Assembly: GCA_951406725.2 (NCBI GenBank)
Contig: OX597814.1
Coordinates: 159,898,001 to 159,962,000 of the forward strand
DNA: 64,000 nucleotides
Direction of reading: 5' to 3'
Source of the DNA: Octopus vulgaris
Lineage: Eukaryota
In this document: piece by piece, positions 1 to 13,280 of the stretch
How the letters are laid out: each line of letters starts with the position of its first letter
Numbering within the stretch: position 1 is the stretch's first letter
The notes under the pieces: generated by a model
Database searches by the model: none
The model's input: only the letters and a program-made list of their open reading frames with translations
What the model was told of the DNA's origin: nothing
Translations under genes and position numbers: made by a program

Positions 1-2789
1 CAGTCCTCCCCGTCAGCTAATTTTTTCTCATCTATTAATCATTTTGCTGTTCAATGCCATTGACACTTCAAGCTGTACCTGAAAGAAAAGCAGCATAAGA
101 AATCATCAAATTTTGACTGAACTCCCTGTATATGTACATGCTGGCTCAGTGCCAGGAAGTTTTTGAAGGGCAGGTACATGGTCAGAAGGGAATACAGTTC
201 CAGGGGAAAAGGGCATAATAACATTATTTAGAAGGGCATGCGTCTTTTCTTCAGGTGGGGCACATGCCCTTCAGGCCCCCCTTGGGTCCACCCCTGATGT
301 GTGTGTGTATATGTATATATATATCATCATCATCATTTAGCGTCCGTTTTCCATGCTAGCATGGGTTGGACGGTTTAACTGGGGTCTGTGAAGCCGGAAA
401 TATATATATATATATATATATATTCTTAAACACAGGCACAAAGACGCACACACACAGACACAATATGCCCATTTGGTTGGTTTCAACCATTTTTTTTTTT
501 GTCAGTGTTTCTATGGTAAACAATAATTTCAACTTGCACCCCACTATCTTTGATGTCTGCAACCCTGTTGACTAAAATGTATTGAATGAAGTATAATTGA
601 TTTATTTTATTTGTGACTAATTAATTATCAAATATTGTAATGACTTTATTTCAGAGTGATATTGTAGGAACTGTTAGCTGCTAGAGTAAGGGAACTGCAA
701 TAATTGGTTGCATCTAATTTAAATTCTGGGTTCAAATTCCATTGAGATTAATTTGGCTTTTCATCTTTTGTTGTGGTTGTTGTTTCTAGGTTAGTCCTGA
801 AAAAGGCGACCTATGATATCAAAGACATTCCAGCTGTGATTATCATGGTTTTTTGTATATAAGTAACTTCATTGTCTTGCTTCTTTTTTTTTTTCTTTCA
901 TTTTTACTTGTAAGATGGATGCATGTGATTTGAAGGAGATTTGATTGTTGTTTCTAGAAATTGAACAGTCAGATGGTGGTTCTCTTGTCCTTCAAAGGAT
1001 TTATAAATGACGTGATGATGATGCCAGATATATTTTGCGAGGATAGGTTCTCTTAATACTTGTACCAAAGTTAAATATAAAAATTACAGAAGCTATCCTT
1101 TTTTGTTTTTGTTTGTTTGGTTTAAGGATGTAGAAGGTTATTATTTAATATATTTCTGTGTGATTAAATATGACATGTTGACATAGAAAACTATTATATT
1201 TGTTTTATATTTTTCTATGCTTTTTTTAATATGTTTAATGTGTTTTTGTTGTTTTGGTTATGAATAGTGCCACTCCTATCCTTCATAATACTTGAATGTG
1301 TTTGGACATGAGATGTAGTTGTGACTTGTTATCACTGATAACAATCCTTGTGTGTATATTGGTGACAATATAGGACTGGCTTTTGAATGAAATGCAGCAG
1401 CTTGGGTTGTACAGTGTTGTTGTAATTTAGCCATAGTTTAGCCCTGGATAAGCAGACCTATGATGAAAGACATCCCAGCCATGGCTATCCTTTTTTTTTT
1501 TTTTTTTTTTTTTTCAAGACATACTATGTACCCCAGATTACATTCTACAATGTCTTTGTTTTAAAGATGTGGTCTGATATGAAGGAGATTTGGTTGCTAT
1601 TTCTTATCAGTTGAGTAAACATATGAAGGCTCTTTCATTGGATTGATGTTATATGATTAAATTATATAGAAGCTAAAGATAAGTAAATGAAATGAAATTA
1701 ATAAAAAAAATAACATTTGAAAAGTTTCAACTTCAGTGGATACTAATTACTCTAATTATGTAATGAACAGATATTCTCATGTGAAGCATCCTGTTGTATA
1801 TTTTACATTTATTTAGATTTTCTGTTGTAAAGCCAGAGTTAATTTGATAACTAAAATCACTCTTGTTGGAATTCTGTTGCAAATTATTTGCGTTAATTAA
1901 TGACCTGTGTGAATAAAACGTCTAAGTGGTTCTTTCAAAAATCTTGGTGAGATGATACAACACTTTCCCACCTTAAAATTTCAGTAGAATATTAATATTT
2001 TAACATAGTTAAATGTGAGAATCATAGGAAATATGCATACAAAATAAATTTGCATTATGCTGAGCCAACAACAGAGCCATTGTGTTTATGTGGACGTTCA
2101 GTCTACTGGAAGTAGCTGTCAAAATCTCCTTCAAATCACTCTTATAAATGAGGTAGGGTGTATTGGACAGGATAGCATGGTCACAGATGGAATGTCGTCG
2201 ATCATATGTCTGTTCAGTCAAGCTAACCAGTGACTGACTAATCAACATGTATTATGTAATTACTAAAAACATATTTTGATGCAGCTGTTCTTCATCACCG
2301 TCATCATCATCACAACCAATACCTAGTACCACCACTATCATCATTATCATTAATAATATCATGGCAACAAGCTGGCAGAGTCATTAGCACTCCAGCCAAA
2401 ATGCTTAGTGACATTTTGTTCACCTTTATGTTCTGAGTTCAAAATTCACCAAGATCAACTTTGCCTTTCACCTTTTCAGGGTCAATCAAATAAGTACTAG
2501 GGTTGATGTAATTGACTCTCCACAAAATTATTGGCCTTGTGACAAAATCTGAAACCATTATTATTATTATTATTAAGATGGCAAGCTAGTAGAATCATTA
2601 ACATGATGGACAAAATGCTGAGTAACATTTTGCCTGTCTTTATATTCTCAGTTCAAATTTTGTCAAGGTCACCTTTGCCTTTCATTTTATTATCATTATT
2701 TTGAATTTATGAAGTTAACAGATGTTTCTTTGTCTTTGAATGCAGGAAACATTCTGTTGAAGCTGTAGCTTTTGTTAATTTTTGATGGT

Positions 2790-3928
2790 AAGAAAATCAC
2801 CATTGGCTTCAACCACAGCCTCTGGATGACTTCAGAATCTCCTGTAACTCTTCTGGATGGTCTCCTTGTTTAAGTTGGTGAATGCTGCCATAATCCTTGC
2901 CTTCAGTTCATCTTTGGTGTTACAAGGAGTTTTATTTGCGCCCCACACATAATAACCAAGGGGTTTACGGTCTGGGGAGTTAGGTGGCCAGATGTTAGTG
3001 ATGATGTGGTGGTTGCAGAAATTGTCTGATAGCCATGACTGGGTTCTCCTGCTTGTGTGGCATGGTACTGTGTCCTGTTGCTAGACATAGGGTCTTCCAG
3101 CAGCCACCCTCTTGACCCAGGGCAGCACTACCACCTCCAGGCACTTGATGTAGGCCTCCATGTTGACTGTTAGGCTGTGTGGGAAAATGAATAGAGGCAT
3201 AACATCGCCATCACTAGTGGTCACTTCAAACACTTTGATGTTGACTGGATGTTTGATTTTTATCACTTTTGGTGCACATTTTGGGATGATGGCAAACCAA
3301 CAGTATTTCTGTGTTCATCATCTGATCCTGGCTGAAATTTTTCTCTGAGAAAAACCAAAGCATGTTCTTTTGGAGGGGATGCTCAAGTTTGTTCAAAAGC
3401 TTCATAGCATGATCTTTCCTCTTGCCCTTGATGGTTTGGGATAAAAATTGGCCCTTTCTCATCTTGTATGAGGAATACTAAATGTTTTCATGCACTACCT
3501 GCCTGATAAGAAACTTGACACTCCCATGTCCCTGACTTGCAGGAATCGTTGTCAATCATGGCTTCAATCTCATCAACAAATTTAGGAGTTCCTTTCTTAT
3601 CAGAACAATCAGAGTGAGTTTTCTGAGCTGCCATACCTTTGTAATCACCATTAGACTCTAACTCTTTCTGAATCTTCTGAACTGTTCTCAGATTGACCCC
3701 CAAACACTCTAAAATGTTCATATTGGAGCATCTGGCACAGATGCCAAGCAGTACAGCATGTGATTTCCAAATTTCTGGCAGAGTGAATTGCATCATGGTG
3801 TTGTTTTTCTCACAGACAGTGCCCAACTGACCCTACTATACTGTGTAGTCGACAAAATCAAAAACCAACAATGTGCATGCACAAAATAAAATATATAAAA
3901 TAGCAACAGTTTACTCATTGCAAAGTGT
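2790..3928 (-). mobile_element. Decayed Tc1/mariner-superfamily transposon (maT/DD37D-like); one terminus missing
   Basis: Frameshifted transposase pieces: LRTVQKIQKEL HTH region, LWFFS(D)EKNF, KHPVNIKVF..TSDGDVMP, YIKCLEVVVLPW, degenerate WPPNSPD.NPL and EAVVEANGDF. Confidence 0.85.
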
Positions 3929-4269
3929 ATTTTTTAATCCCATAGCCATGCCTGCACCTATTTCTTAACCACATATAGATATCATGATCAGTATTTGCTT
4001 TGTGTACAGCATGATTTGGGATGATTAATTACATCTAGGCAACTTCAGTCGCAAAATACACTAGTCACTTTAGTGTACATCACAGGAGAATAATTTCTCC
4101 CTTCTGAAGATAACACTGTGTTCTACACACTCAGCTCATTAGCACATGACATCCAGGGACACCATCATCATAAAAGAGAGAAGTTATTCCCCTATGATGT
4201 ATGGTACAGGGACCAGCATATTTTGAATCCAAACCTGCCTAGACATATTAAGATTAAATATGCACGTAA

Positions 4270-4636
4270 AAAACACCATTCAAGCTTGATTGTTACACGC
4301 GTTGCCTTACTGGCACTTGTGCTGGTGGCACATGAAAAACATTGGAGCGAGGTCGTTGCCAGTGCCACTGGACTGGCTCCTGTGCAGGTGGCACATAAAA
4401 AGCACCATTTGAGCATGGCCATTGCCAGTACCGCCTGACTGGCCCTCATGCCGGTGGCATGTAAAAGCACCCACTACACTCTCAGAGTGGTTGGCGTTAG
4501 GAAGGACATCCAGCTGTAGAAACTCTGCCAGATCAGTTTGGAGTCTGGTGCGGCCATCTGGTTCGCCAAACCTCAGTCAAATCGTCCAACCCATGCTAGC
4601 ATGGAAAGCAGACGTTAAACGATGATGATGATGATG
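4270..4636 (+). repeat. High-copy (ATG)n-tailed retroposon, probably RTE 3'-end derived; representative copy
   Basis: ..ccaacccatgctagcatggaaa..gacgttaaacgatgatgatg. Other copies at ~324-397, 9473-9738, 12410-12580, 13300-13630, 15290-15900, 22868-23270, 24420-24690, 29400-29630, 32335-32690, 49960-50540, 51905-52200, 55990-56160, 63110-63357. Confidence 0.8.
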
Positions 4637-5599
4637 CAATTAATAATTAGTAATAAATATTTAATTAGTAATGTGTGTGTGTGTTTGTTCTGCCCACTGT
4701 TGGACAACTGGTATTGCTTAAATTCTCCTTAACTTTGTGGTTTGACAAGAGAAACTAATGGAATAAGTACCTAACTATATTAAAGAAAAAAAAAACAATT
4801 GTTGATTTGTTTGACTTAAACCTTCAATGTGGTACTCCAGAATGGCTGCAGTCTAATGACTGAAACATCTAAAGTAAAAGATAAATTCTCTCTAATCTGA
4901 TTAATAATTAATAATCATAAATTCTATCTAATATGATTAATAATTCATAATGATTAGGCTGGTTTCCATTCACCACTCTGATTTTGATTAACTGATTCGT
5001 TTTCTGGCAAATGTTAAAGTTTGCTATTTGAGATAGTTGAGAGATCCTAACTATTACCATTCTTAAATCCTGGATCTCTTCCAAAACAATATCTATCATA
5101 TTTCTACTGCTCAGTATTTTTAGATATCTGGAATAAAGTTTGCACATTTTCTCCAAAGTGATTTGCTGAAGAATTGTCTTTGGTTAAAAAATGAGGCTAC
5201 GTAGTTCAAAAGTAGTTTGCGTGCATTGTGATGGAAAATAAATGTTTGAGGAAGTTTTATTTTGGGAGGAATATTATAGAGAAGTTCATTATATTTGACA
5301 TCAAATATTATTTTGGTACTAAAATTATTCTTGGAATTGCTTATTAGTCACATAATTGCTATTCATTTTTCTATGCACAATTGTTTGTTCATTTGATCAT
5401 CAGAGCTGCTAAAGGGTGGTCAGCCTTAGTTCAAAACCCACTGAGATGTACTTTGACATTCATCTCTCTGTGGTCAATAGATAAAGTTCAAGGTGGATTC
5501 CAGAGTCTATATAATCTATTGCTTCTCACCCCACCTTGAAAAATATACTCATAGAATATTAATAAACTTCTATTCCTTTGCCAAAATTATTATATTAAA

Positions 5600-6569
5600 A
5601 GCAATTTCATCATTTACATTTGACGGATATTTGTCCTCATCTTGTTTGTTGTTAACACAACGTTTCAGCTGATATACCCTCCAGCCTTCTTCAGGTGTCT
5701 TGGGGAAATTTCAAACCTGGGTTCTCATTCCTAACGTATTTTTCGATGTTGTTGTTGTTATTATTATTATTATTATTATTGTTCAGGTCACTGCTTGGAA
5801 TCAAACTCAGAATCTTGGGGTTATTAGCTCGTACTCTTAACCACTATGCTATATGCTCATGGGCAATTATGAAGTGAATTTTAGGGTTTATAAATCTAAC
5901 ATTTTTCTATCTTTCCTTAATACCGGTTCCCATATACTGTTCATATTTGCACTTGGTCTGCTTAGGAGGTTGTTGTGTCCTAGCATATGTGCTGCTTCTT
6001 TTAGTTTTCGTATTTTCCAGTGGTTTTCTCTGTCTATTATTTTAACTTCATCCCCTAGAGCGAGGTGGTCTCCATTTTTCTATACATGATGAGCTATACC
6101 CAATTTATCAATATCTCCTCGTATCACAGCTTTGCGATGTTCGTCTACCCTTATTTTGTTGGGGTGGCATGTTTCGCCTTTGTATAACCTACTACAGCTG
6201 CATGGGATGGAGTACATGCAGTCTTTGGTCATATTCTCTTCTGTTGGTGGTTTTACTCGAAGAAGATATTTGCAAAGTGTTGTATTACTCTTGAATACTG
6301 TCCTGATGTCATATGGGCCGCATATCTTTTGTATCTTTTCAGAGAGGCCTTTCACATAGGGTAGACAGACTGTGGACAGTTTATTGGCCTCATCCTCTCT
6401 CTTCATAATTGGAGTGGATAGTATACTTTTGGAGTAGTTGTTGCTTAACAGATTGTTATTGATCTTGATCACTTCTTTTTGGTGTGTATCATGAATGCTA
6501 CTTATATTCTTTGCTCAATAACGCTCTGTTAAGCAACAACTACCCCAAAAGTATATTATCCACTCCAAT
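5600..6569 (-). mobile_element. 5'-truncated Penelope-like retroelement with GIY-YIG endonuclease remnant and 3' repeat bearing an HHR
   Basis: ORF 6080-6472: LPYVKGLSEKIQK...CMYSIPCSCSRLYKGETCH..RVDEH..HHV, a PLE GIY-YIG pattern; frame broken downstream. Confidence 0.88.
5654..5699 (-). ncRNA. Minimal type I hammerhead motif in the PLE 3' region
   Basis: gacac-CTGAAGA-a-ggctgg-agggtata-tcagct-GAAA-cgT-T-gtgtt; stem I gacac/gtgtt; palindromic stem III AACGTT. Confidence 0.8.
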
Positions 6570-6765
6570 GTCTGTCCCCCAGCCATTGCGTGACAACCAT
6601 TGCTGGTATGTGTTTATGTCCCTGTAACTTAGTGGTTCAGCAAAAGAGCCTGATAGAATAAGTACTAGGCTTACAAAGAATAAGTCCTGGGGTCAGTTTC
6701 TTCAATTAACACCCTTGAAGGCAGTGCTCCACAGCCAAATGACTGAAACAAGTAAAAGAACAAAA

Positions 6766-6814
<49 letters not shown>

Positions 6815-7337
6815 GATTCCACACAATTTCCACCTATCAAATTTATTCACAAGGTATTTGGTTGGCTCAGGGCTTTGGTAGAAGACACTTGCCCAAGGTG
6901 TTGCACAGTAGAACTGAACCTGAAACCGCATGATTTCAAAGTGAGCTTCTTAACCACCTAGTCATCCCTGCACCTATCTAAAATCATAAAATATTTTATA
7001 TTCACCTTCCATTTATTTTGTAAGATATCAAAATTTTCATTGCATTACTGTGCATACCTAGTTACTAACATGAGTCCACAGTGACTGCAATGGATTTGTG
7101 TCAGTAACCAGGTTATACAGTGGTGTTATAAAATGTAAATATAATAGTTTTTATCTTGTTTCTTTTGATAGTTGAAATGACTCTTGCACACAACACAAGA
7201 TCTCAGACCAAATCACTTGCCAAACAAGTACAACTTTGATCTTATTTAAATATTTATTTTTATTCATGTAATTGAGGCATATCCATATACTGCCGTAAAA
7301 CAACCAAGGGTTGAACTTTACTACTATTGTCTGCGAA

Positions 7338-7565
7338 AGGCGAGCTGGCAGAAACGTTAGCACGCCAGGCGAAATGCTTTGCAGTATTTCATCCACCGCT
7401 GCGTTCTGAGTTCACATTCCGACGAGGTCAACTTTGCCTTTCATCCCCTCGGGGTCGATAAATTAAGTACCAGTTATGCACTGGGGTTGATGTAATCAAC
7501 TTAACCCGTTTGTCTGTCCTTGTCTGTCCCCTCTATGTTTAGCTCCTTGTGGGTAGTAAAGAAAT
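7338..7565 (+). repeat. SINE family with B-box-like GAGTTCA(A/C)ATTCC; representative copy
   Basis: ggcgagctggcagaa..ctgagttcacattcc..ctttgcctttcatcc..aagtaccagtt. Further copies at ~2370-2560, 2575-2685, 7960-8170(-), 8545-8750(-), 11965-12160(-), 40490-40680(-), 41035-41250(-). Confidence 0.75.
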
Positions 7566-8202
7566 ATACTATTGTCTGCTTTCAGAATGTATGATGAGAG
7601 AGAACTCTGACAAACTAATAATCATGATGGGCTTTCTCATTGAAGATTACTTATGAGTGTTCAGCTCTTGCTGTATGACCAGCACAAATGATTTGTCTAT
7701 TGTGATCAAATGCATGTGCCATACATTAGATCACTCCCTCCATTGAAGCAACATGACCTGAACAGATGCATGGTGTACCACACGTCAGGTGCCGAAGTGA
7801 TTGCAGAGCAACGTGATTGAATTGTTTTGCTCAAGAACACAACACACCACCTGGTCTAGGAACTGAAACTACAATCTTGCAATCATGAGTGCAACACCCT
7901 AACCATTAGGCCATGCATCCTCACTGGATACAATGATGATGATGTTGATGACAATTTCAAATTTTGACACAAGGCTGGCAAGTTCATGGGAGTGGGGTAG
8001 GTTGATTACATGCCCCCCCCCCCTTCTCAATTGGTACTTATTTTATCAATCTCAAAAGGATGAAAGGCAAAGTCGTCCTTGGCGGCATTTGAACTCAGAA
8101 CATATGGACAGAAGAAATGCCACTAAACATTTTTCCCAGCACAGTAACAGTTCTGTCAGCTTGCCGCCTTAGTAATAATAAGAATATTATTATTCTTAAT
8201 AG

Positions 8203-8543
8203 TAACAAGAGCACTCAGAGAGTGCAAACCTCCATCGAGACAACACCAACATCCTCTCAACGATTAGCCAGAGATGATTTTTAAAATGAGAATATCTGAA
8301 ATAAACTCGACTGCTCTCACAAACCCGACCAATCTCAAAATAAATAAAAAAGACGGAAAAATAATCCAGAATCCTTGTCCGGTACCAGATCGATCCCAAA
8401 ATCTAATCAGTTCATGCCAGTCACAAGGCCAAACATACCTGAAAGTTTCATCCAAATCCATCCAGCTGTTCTTGAGATATCTTGTTTATGGACAAACAAA
8501 CATAACTGAAAACAATACCTCCACTTTCGCTAAGGTGGGATAA
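8203..8543. mobile_element. Helentron/HINE-like non-autonomous repeat
   Basis: Terminal hairpin gcactc-aga-gagtgc and repeated subterminal acctcca motif. Confidence 0.4.
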
Positions 8544-9363
8544 TAATGGTTTCAAATTTTGCCACAGAGCAGGAATTTTGGGAGAGAGGATGAGTCGATT
8601 ACATCAACCCCCGGCATTTAACTGGTACTTACCTTATCGACCCTGAAGGGACGAAAGGCACAGTCGACCTTGGCAGAATTTGAACTCAGAACGTAGTGAT
8701 GGGCAAAATACCACCAAGCGTGCTGATGATTCTGCCAGCTCGCCACCTTAATAATAATAATGATAATAATAATAAAGTGAAAATCAAATAAATAGTGCAT
8801 GTATTTATTGACAAAAGATGACCATCCTCGAATATAACTAGGTGAATAGTTGTATGTATCAATATTGTGAAGGTTAATAACCTACATTTATTGATTTAAA
8901 TTTTACTGTCACTGCTCATTTGTGTTGGGTATCTTTTAAAAGATGAGGTGGTCATGTTTCAGTTGGATAACATTGCTATGTAAAAACTGAACTGGGAAAC
9001 TATTTTTCAACAGTGAAGAATGATTATTTGTCAACAATTAGATCAAAGCCAGTTATGTTTTTTATATTCCTTGTTCAGGTGTGGCATTGTTTAAATAAAT
9101 CCACATGCTACGTATATAAACATAGTAGATGTGTCTGTACACATGTATGCTTATCCTGGTTGAGCAACAAAAATATGTGCACACATAAAAACACTCACAC
9201 ACACCACCTTCACCATCATCATCATCTTCCACTTGCCTTCCCTACTTGTATATAAATTGGATGGGTCATCATGTTCCCCTAGTCAGTTCTTATTAGTTAT
9301 GGCTCTCATAAATTCATTGGCTAACCACATTTTGCCCATATATTTCATATAAACAGATATATA

Positions 9364-11006
9364 CAGTAGTGACCAAAATTAGAGAACAAGAATAAAAATT
9401 AAAGATATTTACATTTCTACTTCATTTATCCAAATGGAATTTTTACTGTATATACTTTAAAGTATGTTCATTCATCATCATCATCATTTAATGTCCGCTT
9501 TCCATGCTAGCATGGGTAGGACGATTTGACTGAGGGCTGGCGAACCAGATGGCTGCACCAGGCTTGAATCTTGATTTGGCAGAGTTTCTACAGCTGGATG
9601 CCCTTCCTAATGCCAACCACTCTGAGAGTGTAGTGGGTGCTTTTTATGTGCCACTGGCACAAGGGCCAGTCAGGCGGTACTGGCAATGACCCTGCTCGAA
9701 TCTTTTACACGTACCACCTGCACAGGTGCCAGTAAGGCATTATTTACAATAAATTTTGTAGGAAGTGATTAGTAACTAAATGATTTATAATAGAGAAAAT
9801 GTTTATAATAGGAAAGTACAAGATGGTTAAATTTAGAGAATGTATGATGTAAACTTCAAAAAGTAAAATCTGGTAACACTCCAACTGATGTAAACTAAGT
9901 TGACCTAACAGGGTGAAGATTTATATTGAATGGTAGTGAATTAACAACCACAGAAAGCTGACATAAAGCTGATAAAAGCCTAAGGAAGCTAGTGGTCACA
10001 TCAAAAAAGAGAAGGAATAGCAATTTCTGCTATTGCCAGAGACATTAACAGATCAAAGAGTGTTGTTTCAAGAATACTGAAATTTTATGATGCAACAAGC
10101 TCATTTGTGTCATTAGAGAAATGCAGGAGACCATGGAAAACAAATGTTCAACAAGATCGTGTGCTTCAGAGGCTGACATTAAGAGATTGTTTTGATACTG
10201 CTCCAAGAATTTCTCACCAAGTAAATTGTGATTACTGAATGAATGTGTCTCGGAAGACGGTGGCTATGTTATTTGAAAGAAGTTGAACTTCATGCCCGTT
10301 CTCCCACAATTAAACCTCTCATCAGTATGAAGAACCAAAAAGTGAGGTTAGTCTTTGCCAGTGAGCACATACTTTGGATAAATGACAACTGGTCGCATGT
10401 GTTCTTCAGTGATGAAAGCATGTTCAATTTGTTTGGCTCTAATGGTTGACAGTACATGAGGCATTGTGAAGAAATCTGAAGTTTGGAGGTGGGTAAATGG
10501 TGTAGGGAATGATTTCTGCAGCAGGTGTTGAGCCTTTTATCCTGATCCATAGTAATGTGAGTGCAGCCATATACAAAAACATCATTCTGCAGCCTGTTGT
10601 GCCAGCAATGGAGGTCATCTCTGACTCATCAACCAAACGTTATGCAGAACAATGCGCCATGCCACAGTGCTAAAATCCTATGGATGGAGATGTGCTGAAG
10701 TCATTAAAAATAAAGGAATGTACATATCTTATTAATGTATTGATGTGGATTGTAAAATTTTATGACAAAATTTTGATTGCTTGAATTTTATGTCATATGT
10801 TCTCTAATTTTGCCCATCTTATATTTTTCAAATAAACATTCTTTTCTATTATAAATTATTTAGTTATTAATCATTTCCTACAAAATTTATAGTAAATAAT
10901 GAACATACTATGAAGTATATACAGTAAAAATCCTTTTTGGAAAAATGAAGTAGAAATGTAAATATCTTTATTCTTTATTTTCATTCTCTAATTTTGGCCA
11001 CCACTG
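9364..11006 (+). mobile_element. Tc1-like transposon, internally deleted, with long IR/DR-type TIRs and TA target duplication
   Basis: TA|CAGTAGTGACCAAAATTAGAGAA ... TTCTCTAATTTTGGCCACCACTG|TA; TIRs about 200 bp; inner repeat of AA(A/T)TTAGAGAA; transposase remnants RLVFASEH, WSHVFFSDESMFNLFGSNG, MQNNAPCHSAK. Confidence 0.9.
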
Positions 11007-11061
<55 letters not shown>

Positions 11062-11429
11062 GTTTAATAAAAGCTGATGTAAATGTTGGTTAATTCCTTT
11101 AGTCATGCTTTACTTCATATACAGAAGGTGTGAGGAAAGAGTAAAAGAGAGATATAGAAAGAGTTAACATGCACATACTAGGCTTGGTGGCAGGCAGTGA
11201 ATAAAGGAATGCTGCAGGCACAGTAAGAGAGAAAAAATTATTAGTAGTATTCCACTTAGGTCAAACTTGCTTTTCCTCCTTTTTGGACTTTATGAATTAA
11301 GTACTAGTTGTGTACTGAGCTCAGTGTAATCAACAAGCTTCCCCAACTCCAAATTTCAGGCTTTGTGCCTATAATAGAAAGGATTATTATTATTAGTAGC
11401 AGTGGTAGTAGTAGTGTTGCTGCTGATAT

Positions 11430-11935
11430 TAGAGTATTAACTCTGTAATTTAAAAAAAATTTTATTTCTAATTTTATTTTCAGTTTCAGTCATATTGTTG
11501 TTGTTGCTTTTATCATGGAAGATGCTGTTATTGTTATTAGAACAGTTAATATTGGCATCAGTCACAATAACATCAATGACATTACTACAATCATAATCAA
11601 GGTTAGTAGAACTGCTATTATAAGATACTATATGATATGTACTGGTATGGCCTAATTTTTGCCTATTAGAAGCTTCGATTATAGAACCAAGATTAGGTGT
11701 TATAGAGTAAGAGAGCTTTATAGTGGAGATTAGACTTTGGAATATTTGAAAGAAATTCTGATGTCTAATTTCTTTCCTTACCAATCCATTTTAACACTTT
11801 CATTATGAAGCTCTCTTACTCTGCTACACCTAACCTTTGTTCTTTAATCACAGCTTCTAATAGACAAAAATTTGGCTTTATCCATACATACCTTGGAGTA
11901 GCTTATAATGGAAGTTCCACTGGCCTTGTCGATCA
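11430..11935. mobile_element. Decayed Penelope-like fragment present as an inverted pair
   Basis: ORFs 11437-11784(-) and 11805-12029(+) share KLSYS.TPNL.S.I.ASNRQK.G..TY..V.YN.SST.L, resembling the PLE linker between RT and GIY-YIG. Confidence 0.6.
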
Positions 11936-12926
11936 AATTGTAGTAGTAATAATGATGATAATCGTGGTTTTGAATTTTGGCAAAGGACTAGTAGTTTTTG
12001 AGGGGAGGTGGAGAAGACAATTACATTGACCCCAGTATTTGACTGGTACTTATTTTATTGACCCTGAAAGGATGACAAACAAAGTTGATCTCAATAGAAT
12101 TTGAGCTCAGAACAGATGGATGAAATGCTGTGATTGGTTCAGCCAGCTCACTGCCTTAATAATAACAACAACACCGATATTGTTTTGATTAGTGCCAATA
12201 TTAATTATACTGATGACTGTAATAGCATCTATGACTAAAAAAGAAACAGTTGTGGTTATTTTAGTTTTATAACAAGATGTCTTTCCTGTCATTATTTCCA
12301 GTGGTTGAATAAATAGCAGAATGTCAGTGAGATAAATTATTGTTCATGAGATGTATCGTTGTTACTGTGCATATGTAAATCTATATATTAACAAATGTCA
12401 GCAGCATCAGTAGCATCATCATCATCATCATCATCTTTTAATGTCCATCTTCCATACTGGCATAGGCTGGATGGTTTGACAGGATTTTACATATCTGGGG
12501 ACTACATCATGTTTCAGTGTCTGCTTTGGTATGCTTTCTTTGGGTGTGTGCCCCTCCTAACACCAACTACTTTGTAAGGTGTATTGATGTTAATATGGTC
12601 ATTTAGTTGTAGAAACCAAGCCAAAGCAGAGATTGGAAGATGATTCGATCCTTGGACCCACTGAATCCTGCTAATATCTATAAAAGTTGTATATTTGGTA
12701 TGTAGTGATATGAATTGTTAACACCATGGAAGAAGTTGAGTTATGTATAAGAATACAGGGGCTTATAAATAACACAAGATCAAGTGAGATGGAAGGATGC
12801 TGCATTGCTTGCTCACCTATTCTACATATGCTTACCTGAAAACTGTAGATATTAAAACTATGATGAAAATTACAATAATAATTTTTTTCACTATTGACCA
12901 CATTTCTAGTGATAAAAATTATTCTG

Positions 12927-12966
<40 letters not shown>

Positions 12967-13107
12967 GAATGTGTGTTTGTGTGTGTGTGTATATATATAT
13001 ATAGTTAATCCAAACAAGAAAACATAAAAACACAGCAACGCGAGGACGTGGAACAAATAAAGTATTATTGGACGCTCAGGAAAGAAGGGAAGAAGGATAT
13101 ATATATG

Positions 13108-13280
13108 GGGAGAATTCACAAAAAAAACAAGACGAAGACGGGTAGTGTAGAAAACAAACAGATGTATTAGTATAACGCTCAGGAATTGAAAAAGTCTTTA
13201 ACATTTCGAGCCTATGCTCTTCCACAGAAAGAAACAAGGAGAGAAAAATGTGTGTAGTGGCTAGCGATCTATCATGGCGA
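13108..13280 (-). repeat. Short interspersed repeat in (TA)n with an HHR-like core (second copy at 19167-19350)
   Basis: Minus strand reads tcttt-CTGTGGA-A-GAGC-atag-GCTC-GAAA-tgT-T-aaaga. Confidence 0.6.

Noticed and set aside
2746-2787. AG/GT-bounded 42-nt segment ending TTT GAT G, a candidate upstream TBC1D13 exon
   Set aside because: The required frame contains TAG, there is no similarity to the expected peptide, and it abuts a transposon break.
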